Source: Desulfatiglandales bacterium
GTDB lineage: Bacteria; Desulfobacterota; DSM-4660; Desulfatiglandales; HGW-15
NCBI GenBank assembly: GCA_963667015.2
Contig: CAXXJJ010000004.1
Span: 2,016,001 to 2,080,000 of the forward strand
Direction of reading: 5' to 3'
DNA: 64,000 nt
Positions within the stretch are counted from its first letter, which is position 1; every line of letters begins with the position of its first letter. This document shows, in pieces, positions 20,598 to 30,960 of the stretch. The position numbers were made by a program, and so were the translations under genes. The notes under the pieces are model-generated. The model made no database searches. It was not told the origin of the DNA and was given only the letters and a program-made list of their open reading frames with translations.

Positions 20598-21659
20598 TTA
20601 ACCAAGATCCACATTAAAGTAATCAACATACCATTTAACAAACCTGTCTACACCCTCCTCGACCTCAACACTGGGGGCATAACCAAGATCACTTACCAAA
20701 TCATCTACATTGGCCCATGTGGCCGGTACATCCCCTGCCTGCATAGGCAGAAAGTTTTTCTCGGCTTCTCTTCCAAGCGCTTTTTCTATTGCCCCGATAT
20801 AATCCATAAGGTTAACGGGTGAATTGTTTCCTATATTGTATATTTTATAGGGAGCAGGAGAACTAGACGGATCAGGGTTTTCACCGCTCCATTTACTGTT
20901 TCCCTGTGGCGGATTATCAAGGACCTTTAACACTCCGGTGACTATATCTTCAATATATGTAAAATCTCTTTTCATCTCACCATTATTAAAAACATCAATG
21001 GGCCTGCCCTCAAGTATTGCCTTTGTAAAGAGATACAGCGCCATATCCGGTCTTCCCCATGGCCCGTACACAGTAAAGAAGCGCAATCCGGTCGTGGGTA
21101 TATTGTACAGGTGACTGTATGTATGGGCCATTAACTCATTGGACTTTTTTGATGCGGCATATAAAGAAATAGGATGATCCACATTGTCATGGGTTGAAAA
21201 AGGATAGTTTTCATTCAGGCCATATACCGAACTGGATGAAGCATAGGCAAGATGTTTTATATTATTATGCCTGCAGCACTCAAGGATATTTACAAATCCC
21301 ACAATATTGGAATCAACATAGGCATAGGGGTTAATCAGTGAATACCTGACACCTGCCTGGGCCGCAAGGTTGATTACCTTGTCAATTTTTTCATCTGAAA
21401 AAATTTTTTCCATTACAGCCCTGTCTTCAAGATTCATCTTGATGAACTTATAACCAGGATGCTTCTGACTCTGCACTATTATATTATCCTGTATATCATT
21501 CTGCTGAATCCCTGCACGCTCCAGCCTGCTATATTTCACATTTACATCATAGTAATCATTGATGCAGTCCAGACCGATTACTTCATCGCCTCTGTCCAGA
21601 AGTCTTTGAGCTGTGTGGGATCCGATAAAGCCTGCAGTACCTGTAACCAGTATTTTCAT
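20598..21659 (-). CDS. NAD-dependent epimerase (UDP-glucuronate 4-epimerase, CapI-like)
   Basis: GTAGFIG, LAAQAGVRYS, YAASKK, RFFTVYGPWGRPDMA; start placed at MKILVTG with SD GAGGAG. Confidence 0.92.
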   Translation of the reverse strand: MKILVTGTAGFIGSHTAQRLLDRGDEVIGLDCINDYYDVNVKYSRLERAGIQQNDIQDNIIVQSQKHPGYKFIKMNLEDRAVMEKIFSDEKIDKVINLAAQAGVRYSLINPYAYVDSNIVGFVNILECCRHNNIKHLAYASSSSVYGLNENYPFSTHDNVDHPISLYAASKKSNELMAHTYSHLYNIPTTGLRFFTVYGPWGRPDMALYLFTKAILEGRPIDVFNNGEMKRDFTYIEDIVTGVLKVLDNPPQGNSKWSGENPDPSSSPAPYKIYNIGNNSPVNLMDYIGAIEKALGREAEKNFLPMQAGDVPATWANVDDLVSDLGYAPSVEVEEGVDRFVKWYVDYFNVDLG

Positions 21660-21950
21660 TTTGTCTCTCCTCAATGTACAATGACAGATTTCAACATTTA
21701 CCATTCACAGCATGAACTGGAAAATGCTTATAACTAGCTTATATATGGGCAATAAATAATGTTTGAAGTTTATCAAATTAGATAATTCATGTCTAATTAT
21801 TTAAATATAACACTCTTGAATTAAATTCACATTAATAACTATCGACTAAAATAATGATTTAATGAAAAAATTATTGAAAAAAAATAATCGTAAAGGTAAA
21901 AAGACTAACCGCTCTTGGAATTAAAAGAGAAAAAAGCAAGGAGTTAAACA

Positions 21951-22187
21951 ATGGACATAATCCATGAATTTTTTCAATGCCGTGAATGTGAGGGAAAGGA
22001 CTTTATAAGGATATATAATTTTTCTCTTCGCTTTCACAGTGTCAATTTTTCAGATTCACTCGTTTACGACCGTCTTATTGATGAAATCTACCAGTGTACC
22101 AGCTGTAAAAAAAGATATACAATGGATCAAATTAGTGAAGAACTGGACAGGATCAAGAAGACACATAAAAATACAGGCCTGGAATAG
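21951..22187 (+). CDS. Small zinc-ribbon-like protein (two CxxC)
   Basis: CRECE ... CTSCK; SD AAGGAG; followed by a terminator hairpin. Confidence 0.75.
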   Translation: MDIIHEFFQCRECEGKDFIRIYNFSLRFHSVNFSDSLVYDRLIDEIYQCTSCKKRYTMDQISEELDRIKKTHKNTGLE

Positions 22188-22190
22188 AAT

Positions 22191-22220
22191 AAAAAATGGG
22201 ATTCAACCTGTTGAATCCCA
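22191..22220 (-). terminator. Intrinsic terminator of the kinase-PP2C-FHA unit (possibly bidirectional)
   Basis: TGGGATTCAAC-CT-GTTGAATCCCA with A6 on the left (U-tract on the minus strand). Confidence 0.75.
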
Positions 22221-22255
22221 CAAAAAAAGTCTATTTAATGAATGAATTATAACGG

Positions 22256-22972
22256 TTATTTCTCACCGCCCTTTTGATAGAACTGAAATTTTACCTTGCC
22301 AATCTCAATGGTATCAAACTCCTTCAGCTGAACGTTATCTTTTATGACCTCACCATTAACCTTTAATTTTGCGCCCATTGATGTAATTACATAGCCTGAA
22401 GGTCTTCTGCTGATCGTGGCTGCAGTAGCCGGCATAAAGAGACCCGAAAGCCTTATTTCCGATGTATCTGCCTTGCCAATTTTGGTAAGTTTTTTTGTCA
22501 ACTCGACCTCTCCCAGGTCTGCCCCTTCGATAAAACTGATAACCCCCAATTTCTGAGCTGACACCGCAGTTGCCGCAGTTCCGGCCTGTTTGGCAAGCAG
22601 TTCCTTCTGTTTTGCGGTATCAAGCATCATTGTTTTATCCATATCAAGCTTATTGTCACCCGACTTTATAGATGGAGCTTCTTTTCCTTCACCAACAAAT
22701 AAAATAAGATGTTTTCCAACGATAACATTGTCTCCATGGACAAGTTTATGAGAGATTACCTTTTTATCATTTACAAAAGTACCATTTGTACTCTGAAGAT
22801 CTGTAAGTATGAAATCTTTACCGGCAGCATCTATCCTGGCGTGATAACCGGATACAGCTAGATTATCCACAGTTATGGTATTGTCCTCATTACGACCGAT
22901 TGTAATACTCTCTTTCATTAGAGGATATTCTTTAACCACCTGATTATTAAACATCAAGATAAGTCTGGCCAT
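22256..22972 (-). CDS. Double FHA-domain protein
   Basis: N-terminal FHA with IGR, SGYH, STNGTFVN; C-terminal degenerate FHA (IGK...KVNG...DTIEIG). Confidence 0.9.
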   Translation of the reverse strand: MARLILMFNNQVVKEYPLMKESITIGRNEDNTITVDNLAVSGYHARIDAAGKDFILTDLQSTNGTFVNDKKVISHKLVHGDNVIVGKHLILFVGEGKEAPSIKSGDNKLDMDKTMMLDTAKQKELLAKQAGTAATAVSAQKLGVISFIEGADLGEVELTKKLTKIGKADTSEIRLSGLFMPATAATISRRPSGYVITSMGAKLKVNGEVIKDNVQLKEFDTIEIGKVKFQFYQKGGEK

Positions 22973-23036
22973 ATTTTCCCCCTGATTTGTAATAGGTGTT
23001 ATATTATTCTGAAATAAAAAAAAATAGCAATATCTA

Positions 23037-23906
23037 TTATTTAAATGGTATTACTTTTTTACCTGCCTTATGTATTCCTACGATGATATCCGAAAGTAAA
23101 TAAGAAATTTTTTTAAATATTCCCTGTTTAGGCTTCATCAGGTTAGAGAGAAAAACCGAGACAACCGTAGTATTGTCATGAGCTCCCCTCTCAAGTACTT
23201 TTTTTATAAAATCCCTGCACAATCCTTCCGGCTCATTTGATGTTTCTGTCATTTTGAGTATTTCTTTATCACTCACCAGGTCTGTTAAACCGTCAGAACA
23301 AAGTACAAAGCAGTCATTGTTAGACGGTTCCAGCTCAAATATCTCTGGCTCGACAGCTTCTGATGAACCCAGATTCCTTGTAAGAATATGTTTCATGGAT
23401 GAAGTTGCAGCTTCTTCCTCTGTCATCATCCCCAGTGCCACCTGCTCTGCAACGATTGAATGATCCCTGGACAGCATTTCCAGTCCGCCGCCTCTTGTAA
23501 GATAAATACGACTGTCACCCACATTGGCGGCTATTATCATTGAAGGAGTTACCAGCAATACAACAACAGTCGTTCCCATGCCATGATATTGTTTCTGTTC
23601 CAGGGCCAGTTCATAGACCACCTTGTTCGCCAGGCGGATACCGCCAAGGATGTAATTACCTTCCTTTGAAAGGGATTCATCCGGACCGCCATAAATCATG
23701 TCCTCGCTGGCATCCTCTTCTACCCACTTTTGAAAACTTTTATTTATAATTTCAACAGATATTCGGCTGGCCACCTCACCAGCCAGGTGTCCCCCCATCC
23801 CGTCTGCAACAATATAGAGACCGAGCGAATCTTCGACAGAAAAAGAATCCTCATTACCATCTCTTCTCAGTCCTACATCGGTTATACCTGACGATTTAAT
23901 TAACAA
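23037..23906 (-). CDS. PP2C-family Ser/Thr phosphatase (Stp1/PrpC-like)
   Basis: TDVGLRRDGNED, VADGMGGH, GTT, NVGDSR, CSDGL, HDNTT. Confidence 0.95.
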   Translation of the reverse strand: MLIKSSGITDVGLRRDGNEDSFSVEDSLGLYIVADGMGGHLAGEVASRISVEIINKSFQKWVEEDASEDMIYGGPDESLSKEGNYILGGIRLANKVVYELALEQKQYHGMGTTVVVLLVTPSMIIAANVGDSRIYLTRGGGLEMLSRDHSIVAEQVALGMMTEEEAATSSMKHILTRNLGSSEAVEPEIFELEPSNNDCFVLCSDGLTDLVSDKEILKMTETSNEPEGLCRDFIKKVLERGAHDNTTVVSVFLSNLMKPKQGIFKKISYLLSDIIVGIHKAGKKVIPFK

Positions 23907-24039
23907 ATCTTCTCCAATAGAAAATCACTGATATATTTCGTATTCTGGTTTATCAAAGGTTGACAACGATTTCATTCCCCACCCTTTTGCCCTAAATTAC
24001 TCCTTCGGATTCCCAGCGGAATCAGACTTTTCATACTCC

Positions 24040-26508
24040 TTACTCTGCCGCCTCTTTCCGGGCTCTAAGCTGGTCCATTTTTTCACCAAGCATCCGGATA
24101 ATATTTGCCATTTCACCTGCCGTTCTGAACCGTTTGGCGGGGTCTTTTGACAGGGCCTTGTCCAGAATCTGTTCACAGATCTTGGGGATTTTTGGATTAT
24201 AGCTTCTTGGCGAAGAATGTTTAACCTGTGTAATCTGGTATAGAAGACCGCTTAGATTATCACCATGAAATGGCAGCTCACCAGTTAGCAGCTGATAAAA
24301 AAGAACTCCAAGGGAGAAAATATCAGATTTTGAGTTAACCTTTTGCCCCATTATTTGTTCAGGAGACATGTAGTTGGGAGTTCCCAGGATCACGCCTGTT
24401 TTGGTCTTTGATGAAGAGATCGCCTTGGCAATACCAAAGTCCGTAACCTTAACCTGTCCGTTCGAAAGAAGCATAACATTTGCCGGTTTAATATCCCGGT
24501 GTATGACTCCCTGTTTGTGGGCAAAATCAAGGGCCTCAGCTATCTGAGATATGACATTGAGAACAGCTCTTACAGCGAGAAGGTTTCCTTTTTTAATAAA
24601 TTTATCAAGATCCTCTCCTTCAAGATATTCCATTGCCATATAAGTAAGATCCCGATCATCGCCAACATCATGGATCGTTACAATAGCCGGATGAGAAAGC
24701 TTACCGGCTATTTCAGCCTCCATAAAAAATCTTTCCTTTATCTCTTTTATTACATCCTCATCAAATTCATCAGAAAATCGTATGGTTTTGATGGCAACAA
24801 GACGATTAATTTTAGGATCCTGAGCCTTATAAACAAGGCCCATCGACCCCTTTCCCAGTTTTCCAATTATCTTATATCGACCAACCGTTGTTCGGGCATT
24901 GACACTGGAATCGCTGAGCACACTTGACTCTTCTACATCTCCATAACTTCCCATTGTGGAAGAATAGTCTGATGCCCGGAGCATGGGAATCCTGTCATCA
25001 AGATCCCTGAAACCGCCGCTTTTATTAATATAAATATAGAGCTCCAGAGCCTTTTCCGGCAGATTCTTATTTTCATATTCCAGGCCAAGATTATATATGA
25101 GATCTTTTGTCTCCTTATCAAGAGGAAGTGTCTTGAATTCTTCATATGCCAGATCAAGCTCTCCCTGGCTTTGAAAGTTGAGCCCGAGAATACGACTGGT
25201 CTCTGACCCTTTTTTTAATGCAGATGACGGTTGGGATTTTATTGACAAGAGTATATATAGAACAGCTATCCCCAGAACGATATTTGCAGCCTTGAGCCAT
25301 ATGCCCAAAAGACTGAAGCAGATTATAACAGCAGCTATTACTATAAGTATCAGGGCCAATGTTGCTACAGACCTGACTATGAATCCTTTTGAAGAGGAAA
25401 ATGAAATTAGAAAAAAGATTAATACAACAAACAGAAAAGCCTCAAGATACATCATAAATAGTGCCCTGGAAACGGCGTTGCTGTTAATTATATCGTTGAA
25501 TTGTCTCGCAATAACACCTGCATCATGACCGGATTTACTGTTTCCATCTTTAATATCTATTATTACAACTTTACCCTTCAAGTCAGGTATCTCTTTTGAG
25601 CTTTCCATTATTTGTTTATATGTGAAGGTCTTTATCTGATATTCACTGCCTGATAATGGAACACATCTGCCGTTTATAAGGGGGAGCACATTATCTTTTA
25701 TTACTATTCTGGAGAGATCCGCCTCAACCTGAGCAGGTTTCAGTCCATTATAAAAAATAGCCATCCTTAGGGCCAGAGACGGCACCAGTGAACCTTTATA
25801 GGCTACATAGATAGAAAAAGATAAATCATCCGACTGTCTTTTCTCATTATGCGAAAGATAACCGGAACCCGCAACGTTCTTTAATAATTCAGGGTAGGGG
25901 AAAGTCAGCTTATCAATAGAATTCCTTTTTATAAAGGATGGATCAATGTTTGACGAGTTAAGGTAGTCAATAATTCCCAGCTCAACAGGCTCAGGCCCCA
26001 TATCTGAAACAGGCACAATTATATTGCTTCCATTTTTTAAGCTGTCATGAAACAGGCTGTCTGCTGCGATACGGGTACTGGATTTATCTATAGTCGCCAT
26101 TATCCATTCTTTGAACTCGGGAGATTTTTTCCCGGGAGGATATGCATTTATCTCCTCGGAAAGGGCTCTTAACTCCTTAAGCGCCAATGCCGACTGATTT
26201 GCCTCAAAGGGTGATGAAAAGGCGATGAGTTTCACACCGTTTCCGGTCAGCTTTTTGATCAGGTCTGACAGATTTAAAACCGGAGAGGCACTCTCCTGGG
26301 ATGATTTCCGGATTGATTGATAATTTATATTAACAAGGACAACACTGTTTTTTTCCTGCTTTTCAGATCCGGCCAGCCTTGAACTGGTCCGATATAGATA
26401 TAAATCAAGATTGTCAGACAAAGACCAGTTATAGAAGGTAAATAAAATAAATAATAAGAGGACAAATATCCCTATAAAGTAGTCCGTCTTTTTTTTCTTA
26501 ATTGCCAT
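24040..26508 (-). CDS. Membrane Ser/Thr protein kinase with CHASE2-like extracytoplasmic sensor
   Basis: N-terminal TM, ~320-aa periplasmic region, 3 TMs, TPR-like helices, then GKGSMG, VAIK, HRDIKPAN, DFGIAK, GTPNYMSPEQ. Confidence 0.92.
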   Translation of the reverse strand: MAIKKKKTDYFIGIFVLLLFILFTFYNWSLSDNLDLYLYRTSSRLAGSEKQEKNSVVLVNINYQSIRKSSQESASPVLNLSDLIKKLTGNGVKLIAFSSPFEANQSALALKELRALSEEINAYPPGKKSPEFKEWIMATIDKSSTRIAADSLFHDSLKNGSNIIVPVSDMGPEPVELGIIDYLNSSNIDPSFIKRNSIDKLTFPYPELLKNVAGSGYLSHNEKRQSDDLSFSIYVAYKGSLVPSLALRMAIFYNGLKPAQVEADLSRIVIKDNVLPLINGRCVPLSGSEYQIKTFTYKQIMESSKEIPDLKGKVVIIDIKDGNSKSGHDAGVIARQFNDIINSNAVSRALFMMYLEAFLFVVLIFFLISFSSSKGFIVRSVATLALILIVIAAVIICFSLLGIWLKAANIVLGIAVLYILLSIKSQPSSALKKGSETSRILGLNFQSQGELDLAYEEFKTLPLDKETKDLIYNLGLEYENKNLPEKALELYIYINKSGGFRDLDDRIPMLRASDYSSTMGSYGDVEESSVLSDSSVNARTTVGRYKIIGKLGKGSMGLVYKAQDPKINRLVAIKTIRFSDEFDEDVIKEIKERFFMEAEIAGKLSHPAIVTIHDVGDDRDLTYMAMEYLEGEDLDKFIKKGNLLAVRAVLNVISQIAEALDFAHKQGVIHRDIKPANVMLLSNGQVKVTDFGIAKAISSSKTKTGVILGTPNYMSPEQIMGQKVNSKSDIFSLGVLFYQLLTGELPFHGDNLSGLLYQITQVKHSSPRSYNPKIPKICEQILDKALSKDPAKRFRTAGEMANIIRMLGEKMDQLRARKEAAE

Positions 26509-26823
26509 TTTTTAGATTCAATTAATAGTGATTATTATGTTCTTGGCCCTTTTAATCTGTAATTACAAAAAGTTGTATCAAAAAAGCAACTTAATGTCAA
26601 AAGAAAATAATTTTCTATATTAAGCAAAAGATAGGTTATTTTTCATCGCGACACTATCTTTATTCTACAGAATTTTCTATTTTAAACGAGAATGCTTCAT
26701 TAATCTCAAGATATTGAAGGGCATTTCCGGAAACACTATCGGAAAATGTTGATAAAAAGTTAATGAAAAAAATAACAGATATATAGATAGATATATAGAT
26801 AATACTGTCTGACATATAACTCT

Positions 26824-28362
26824 TTAGGTGCTGATAGTATACTGCTCCATGTGATAATCATTCTGTGATATGATAATAATTCTTCTTTTAATCTTTTTCT
26901 CAAGCTCCATTATTGACTGCTGCTCATCCTCCTTAATCACGTTTGCTATCTCAGGATTGACCTGTACATAGACCTTGTCATCAGATTCTGAAACAGGGAG
27001 AGGTTCCCTCTCAAGGTCCCTGAATATTTCGTATGATATCGTCTTTTTTGATTTAATAACACCTCTACCTTCACAATATTGACAGGGTTCTGTTAAAAAC
27101 CGACCAAGATTTTCCCTTGTTCGCTTTCGGGTCATCTCGATCAACCCGAGTTCTGACATGGGAAGCACATTCGTCTTTGCCTTATCTTTGCTCAAGGCTT
27201 CGGTAAGTGCTGTAAATACCCTTTGACGATTTTCCAGCTTTTCCATATCTATAAAGTCTATTACTATAAGGCCGCCTATATTACGCAGACGAAGCTGATA
27301 GGCCAGTTCCTTGACCGCCTCAAGATTTGTTTTCAGTATGGTCTCTTCCAGATTTCTCTTTCCTACATAGCTGCCGGTATTAACATCAATGGATGTCAGG
27401 GCCTCCGTCATTTCAATTACGATATATCCGCCGGATTTCAGCCATATTATGTTATCCAGCGCCCTGGATATCTCCATTTCTATACCGTAGTAGTCAAAAA
27501 TGGGATCATCGTCATTATATAGCTCAATAGAATACCTCAATGCCGGGGCGAACTTATCAACAAACTCCATAACCTTTTCATATTCGTATTCATCATCAAT
27601 AATCAGTCGGTCCACCTCTCTGGTAAACAGATCCCTTACTGCCCTCAGTGATACTGACAGATCCATATAAAGAAGGCCGGGTTCCGACGAGCCTGACATT
27701 CGGTTTTTTATATCGTTCCACAGCTTTTGCATAAAATCCATTTCGGATTTTAATTTATCACTGTCAGCGCCTTCACTGACCGTACGGACTATAAATCCGG
27801 ATTCATCAGATCTGATCCCCATTATGATATTTTTAAGTCTTTCTCTTTCGTCCTGATCTTCTATACGCCTTGAGATACCTATATGATTTACAGTAGGAAG
27901 CAGAACAAGGTGTCTTCCGGGAAGGGATATATAGGAAGTAAGTCTGGCGCCTTTGGTTCCCAGGGGCTCCTTGGCGACCTGCACCATTATGTCCTGCCCT
28001 TCACGAAGCATATCCTCAATATTGACTGACTTGTCCTGATTTTTTTTAGTATCCTGATCTTCAATATCATTATCTTTTTCAGAACCAGAATCGCTTGTGA
28101 AGCCATTCAGCATAACCCGGTCAAGATCAAGCATATCCCTGTGAACATCCGAGACATATAAAAATGCCGTTCTCTCCTGGCCGATATCAACAAAAGCAGC
28201 CTGCATACCCGGAAGGACCCTTACAACACGGCCCCGGTATATATTCCCCATAAGCTCCTGACCGGTTTTTCGCTCAATGTACAGCTCTGCCACAACTCCG
28301 TTTTCAACCAGGGCCACTCTGGTCTCATGAGGTCTTGTATTTATTACCAGTTCACTAGCCAT
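26824..28362 (-). CDS. rng: Ribonuclease G (Rne/Rng family)
   Basis: GNIYRGRV..LPGMQAAFVDIG S1, IDVNTG, GGLIVIDFIDM, CxxCxGRG. Confidence 0.95.
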   Translation of the reverse strand: MASELVINTRPHETRVALVENGVVAELYIERKTGQELMGNIYRGRVVRVLPGMQAAFVDIGQERTAFLYVSDVHRDMLDLDRVMLNGFTSDSGSEKDNDIEDQDTKKNQDKSVNIEDMLREGQDIMVQVAKEPLGTKGARLTSYISLPGRHLVLLPTVNHIGISRRIEDQDERERLKNIIMGIRSDESGFIVRTVSEGADSDKLKSEMDFMQKLWNDIKNRMSGSSEPGLLYMDLSVSLRAVRDLFTREVDRLIIDDEYEYEKVMEFVDKFAPALRYSIELYNDDDPIFDYYGIEMEISRALDNIIWLKSGGYIVIEMTEALTSIDVNTGSYVGKRNLEETILKTNLEAVKELAYQLRLRNIGGLIVIDFIDMEKLENRQRVFTALTEALSKDKAKTNVLPMSELGLIEMTRKRTRENLGRFLTEPCQYCEGRGVIKSKKTISYEIFRDLEREPLPVSESDDKVYVQVNPEIANVIKEDEQQSIMELEKKIKRRIIIISQNDYHMEQYTIST

Positions 28363-28422
28363 ATATATACCTTTTTTATTCCATCTAAATAGTCATTCTC
28401 AAATAACAGGACTGATCACCTG

Positions 28423-30933
28423 TCAGCCTGTTATCTGCTTAACCTTCAGGACTCTTATCCTTTCTATATTATCCTCATTCACCTTGAAAATCTCTGCTAT
28501 TATATGGGCAGGCTTAAGCTCCGGGCCCTCAGAATGTGCAATTACAAGCTCTATATTCATGTCTGAGCCAAACCTGATATTCTTCACTACCTTTTTGGCA
28601 TCGACTTTTTTTTCACCTTTTTTTGTCTTTTTAACCATATAAAAATAATCAATATCCATAAAGCTGTCCAGGTCTTTCTCATCTATCTCTAGACCGGATA
28701 TATCAATATGGTAATGGCTTTCTTTGATGACCATACTTTTTGTATTGCCGGTTATATCCTGAACATCCGAAATATATATTCCATCAGGCAGCTCGGAATC
28801 CAACCTTTCTTTTAATATATCTGCAGATACCGGATTGTACAGCTCTATATCCGCGGTTTCACAAATACTTTCAGTTCCGACAGGTAATGCGCAGGCAAAT
28901 GACAACCTTGGCATTGGGTGAAATCCTTCTGAAAAAACGATATCAAGACCGGTTCTCCTGAGGGCTCTGGTTAAAAGCTTTATCAGTTCCAGGTGACTGA
29001 GATATCCTGCAGGGCCTGTCTTGGAGAAAAACAGCCTGAATTTCCTTTTCGTCTTTTCGGATCCTGATGCATTTGATTTTTCATCTGTCTTTACTGGTAA
29101 TTGCCATTCCATATTAATATGCGGTTTAATATTTTTAAAATCGCATACACCACACTTCAGGCATTTGGTCCGGCAATCAGGTGTCATTATTGCTTCACAG
29201 GATTTCTGATGCTCCTTTTTCAGATAATCGGGTGTAACACCTGATAAAATATGACCCCATGGTATATTTTCATCAAGGGATCGTCTTCGATTAAGATATG
29301 AATAGAGATCAATATCGCTTTCTTTGAAACTGTCCTTCCAGATGTTCATATTATAATATTCACCCCATGCATCAAACCTGGCACCGGCCTCCCATGCCCT
29401 GATCAAGGCCGAAGTAAGGTTTCTATCACCCCTCGAAAATATCCCCTCCAGCCAGCTTAATTCAGGCTGATTCCACCGTACTTTGACATGGGTTTTCTTC
29501 AATCCGTTCCTTATAATATTAATGCGTCTCCGGCTTTCTTCATAGTCTATCTGCGGCTCCCACATAAAGGGAGTATGAGCCTTGGGAACAAAGGTTGAAA
29601 CGCTGATATTCAACACATCCTTTTTCCCTTTACTTCTGCTGGTAGCAGCAACCTTTTGTGCAAGGTCAATAATGCCATAAAGATCGTCTTCCGTTTCATC
29701 TGGCAGGCCAATCATAAAGTATAACTTAATGAGCTTCCATCCCGCTGCATATACTTCACTTGAGGCCTTAACAATCTCTTCATTGGTAAGGGTTTTATTG
29801 ATTATTTTTCTGAGCCGGTCTGTACCTGCTTCAGGAGCCATGGTAAAGCCGGTTTTCCTTACTCTCTTGATCTGTTCAAACCAGAGGGGATCAATACTGT
29901 CAATTCTCAATGACGGAAGACTGACAGCGACTTTTCGATCCGACTGCCTATCCATAAGTTCCTTCAATAACGGTGCAATACAGCTGTAGTCCCCTGAGCT
30001 CAGGGACAGGAGTGACACCTCTCCAAATCCAGTCGATTTCAGGGCGCTGTCGACCAGATTTATTATATCATCAGGACTCCGCTCCCTTACAGGCCGGTAT
30101 ATCATTCCGGCCTGACAAAAACGGCAGCCCCTTGTACAGCCTCTGGAAATCTCAATAGAGAGACGGTCATGAACGAGCTGTGTAAATGGAACAACCTGAT
30201 CTATTGGGAATGGAGATTCACTCATGTCTCCAATTACTGCCTTTTCAACAGTCTCATATCCCTCAACGAGAGGCTCTATACCGGTAAACTGATTATTATC
30301 ATTGTAATGCGGCTTAAATAAGGACGGGATATAAAACCCCTTCATCATCTTTAAGTCGTCCAATATTTTTTTCTTATTTTTATTCCCTTTTTTCTCCATC
30401 CGAACAACATTGCACAGTTCAACGATGGCCTTCTCGCCGTCACCTATCAGGATAACATCGAATATATCTGCGATTGGCTCAGAATTAAAACAGGCTGGCC
30501 CTCCTGCCACTATAAGAGGAAAGGAATCATCCCTCTCGGAGGATAAAAATGGGATACCTGCGAGATCAAGCATTGTAATGATATTACTGTAGCATAATTC
30601 ATGCTGTACACTGAACCCTACGATATCAAAATCCTTCAGGGGTTTATCTGTTTCAAGCGACCTGAGCTGCTGACCGCGTCTCCTTATCTCATTTTCCATA
30701 TCAGGCCACGGGCAAAAGGCCCGTTCCGCCGCAATCCATGAATGACTGTTTAATATGCTGTATAATATCTTTAAACCCTGATGCGACATTCCTACCTCGT
30801 ACACATCAGGAAACGCGAGGTTCATCGAGACATCGATTTCATTTTCGTTTTTCTTAACCGAATTAATTTCATGTCCCAGATACCTGCTTGGTTTTGATAT
30901 CTTCAGTAAAAAATCTCTGTTACTCATTTCCAT
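28423..30933 (-). CDS. TIGR03960-type B12-binding radical SAM protein fused to C-terminal TIGR03936 (DUF2344) domain
   Basis: KPSRYLG, FPDVYEVGMS, RGCTRGCRFC; C-terminal YLSHLEL..RALRR..SEGFHPMP. Confidence 0.9.
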   Translation of the reverse strand: MEMSNRDFLLKISKPSRYLGHEINSVKKNENEIDVSMNLAFPDVYEVGMSHQGLKILYSILNSHSWIAAERAFCPWPDMENEIRRRGQQLRSLETDKPLKDFDIVGFSVQHELCYSNIITMLDLAGIPFLSSERDDSFPLIVAGGPACFNSEPIADIFDVILIGDGEKAIVELCNVVRMEKKGNKNKKKILDDLKMMKGFYIPSLFKPHYNDNNQFTGIEPLVEGYETVEKAVIGDMSESPFPIDQVVPFTQLVHDRLSIEISRGCTRGCRFCQAGMIYRPVRERSPDDIINLVDSALKSTGFGEVSLLSLSSGDYSCIAPLLKELMDRQSDRKVAVSLPSLRIDSIDPLWFEQIKRVRKTGFTMAPEAGTDRLRKIINKTLTNEEIVKASSEVYAAGWKLIKLYFMIGLPDETEDDLYGIIDLAQKVAATSRSKGKKDVLNISVSTFVPKAHTPFMWEPQIDYEESRRRINIIRNGLKKTHVKVRWNQPELSWLEGIFSRGDRNLTSALIRAWEAGARFDAWGEYYNMNIWKDSFKESDIDLYSYLNRRRSLDENIPWGHILSGVTPDYLKKEHQKSCEAIMTPDCRTKCLKCGVCDFKNIKPHINMEWQLPVKTDEKSNASGSEKTKRKFRLFFSKTGPAGYLSHLELIKLLTRALRRTGLDIVFSEGFHPMPRLSFACALPVGTESICETADIELYNPVSADILKERLDSELPDGIYISDVQDITGNTKSMVIKESHYHIDISGLEIDEKDLDSFMDIDYFYMVKKTKKGEKKVDAKKVVKNIRFGSDMNIELVIAHSEGPELKPAHIIAEIFKVNEDNIERIRVLKVKQITG

Positions 30934-30960
30934 TTAAAAACATTCCTTCTAACCGGGTCA

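Noticed and set aside
26722..26748. TTTCCGG..CGGAAA mini-hairpins at 2891, 26722 and 63913 as a repeat family
   Set aside because: Too short and too divergent to distinguish from independent terminators or chance
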